Below are positions 31,481-31,908 of a stretch of DNA of 31,908 bases, one piece after another (position 1 is the stretch's first letter; each line of letters starts with the position of its first letter). Origin of the DNA: Fimbriimonadales bacterium (GTDB lineage: Bacteria > Armatimonadota > Fimbriimonadia > Fimbriimonadales > GBS-DC); assembly GCA_026416655.1 (NCBI GenBank), contig JAOAES010000267.1, positions 1-31,908 of the forward strand, given 5' to 3'. The translations under genes and the position numbers were made by a program. The notes under the pieces are model-generated. The model ran no database searches. It was not told the DNA's origin and worked only from the letters and a program-made list of their open reading frames with translations.

Positions 31481-31908
31481 ATGGCAGAACTGAGTATGCG
31501 CGATCTACTGGAAGCGGGCGTGCATTTTGGGCATCCGACCCGCAAATGGCACCCCAACATGCGACGCTACATCTACGGCGCACGCAGCGGAATCCATATT
31601 ATCGACCTGCACAAGACCGTCGAGATGTTCGACAAGGCACAAAAAGCTGTTAAGGAAGTGGTGAACAACGGCGGGCATGTCCTTTTCGTGGGTACAAAGA
31701 AGCAGGCACGGGATGCTATCAAAGAGGCCGCCCTGCGCAGCCGGCAATTTCACATCACGTATCGCTGGCTCGGCGGCACCCTCACGAACTTCCGCACCAT
31801 CCAGTCGCGTGTGAAGCGCCTCAAGGAACTGGAGCGGATGATACAGGAGGGCGAGCTGGATCGCATCCCCAAGAAAGAGGCATCGCGCCTGCGCAAAGAA
31901 CACGAGAA
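31481..31908 (+). CDS. rpsB: 30S ribosomal protein S2, 5' part (runs off the window; missing from the ORF track)
   Basis: MAELSMRDLLEAGVHFGHPTRKWHPNM..IHIIDLHKT..LFVGTKKQA..RWLGGTLTNF, with a GGAGG RBS. Confidence 0.97.
   Translation, partial: MAELSMRDLLEAGVHFGHPTRKWHPNMRRYIYGARSGIHIIDLHKTVEMFDKAQKAVKEVVNNGGHVLFVGTKKQARDAIKEAALRSRQFHITYRWLGGTLTNFRTIQSRVKRLKELERMIQEGELDRIPKKEASRLRKEHE

Overview
Bacterial chromosomal window, about 60% GC by eye. It is probably Armatimonadota or a related Terrabacteria lineage (inferred from gene style, not confirmed). About 30 mostly housekeeping CDSs: a thiS-thiO-nadE-glutaminase operon, rfbB, a REC-HD-GYP protein coupled to a YqgF-like nuclease, an aspartate aminotransferase, rhodanese-MBL and YeiH sulfur genes, hydantoinase B, Uma2, a DASS transporter, cdsA, nfeD, an acyl-ACP-reductase homolog, mtaB, an acyl-CoA dehydrogenase, a 3-gene ABC operon, mqnD, a SARP-NB-ARC-TPR regulator, and the 5' part of rpsB with its leader. 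I found no rRNA, tRNA, CRISPR array or transposase. The most unusual observations are five. (1) A YqgF-like gene that appears to need a non-canonical ATT start. (2) A nucleotidyltransferase plus small-protein TA-like pair whose NTase lost its catalytic core by an apparent microhomology deletion, preceded by two hairpins with the same loop motif. (3) A self-contained, lower-GC 82-aa orphan gene with its own promoter, operator-like palindrome and terminator. (4) A GG-TANNNT promoter motif before most transcription units, many apparently leaderless. (5) Several REP-like palindrome families, one of which supplies the C-terminus and stop codon of the Uma2 gene. No database search was run; family calls rest on motifs read from the translations.
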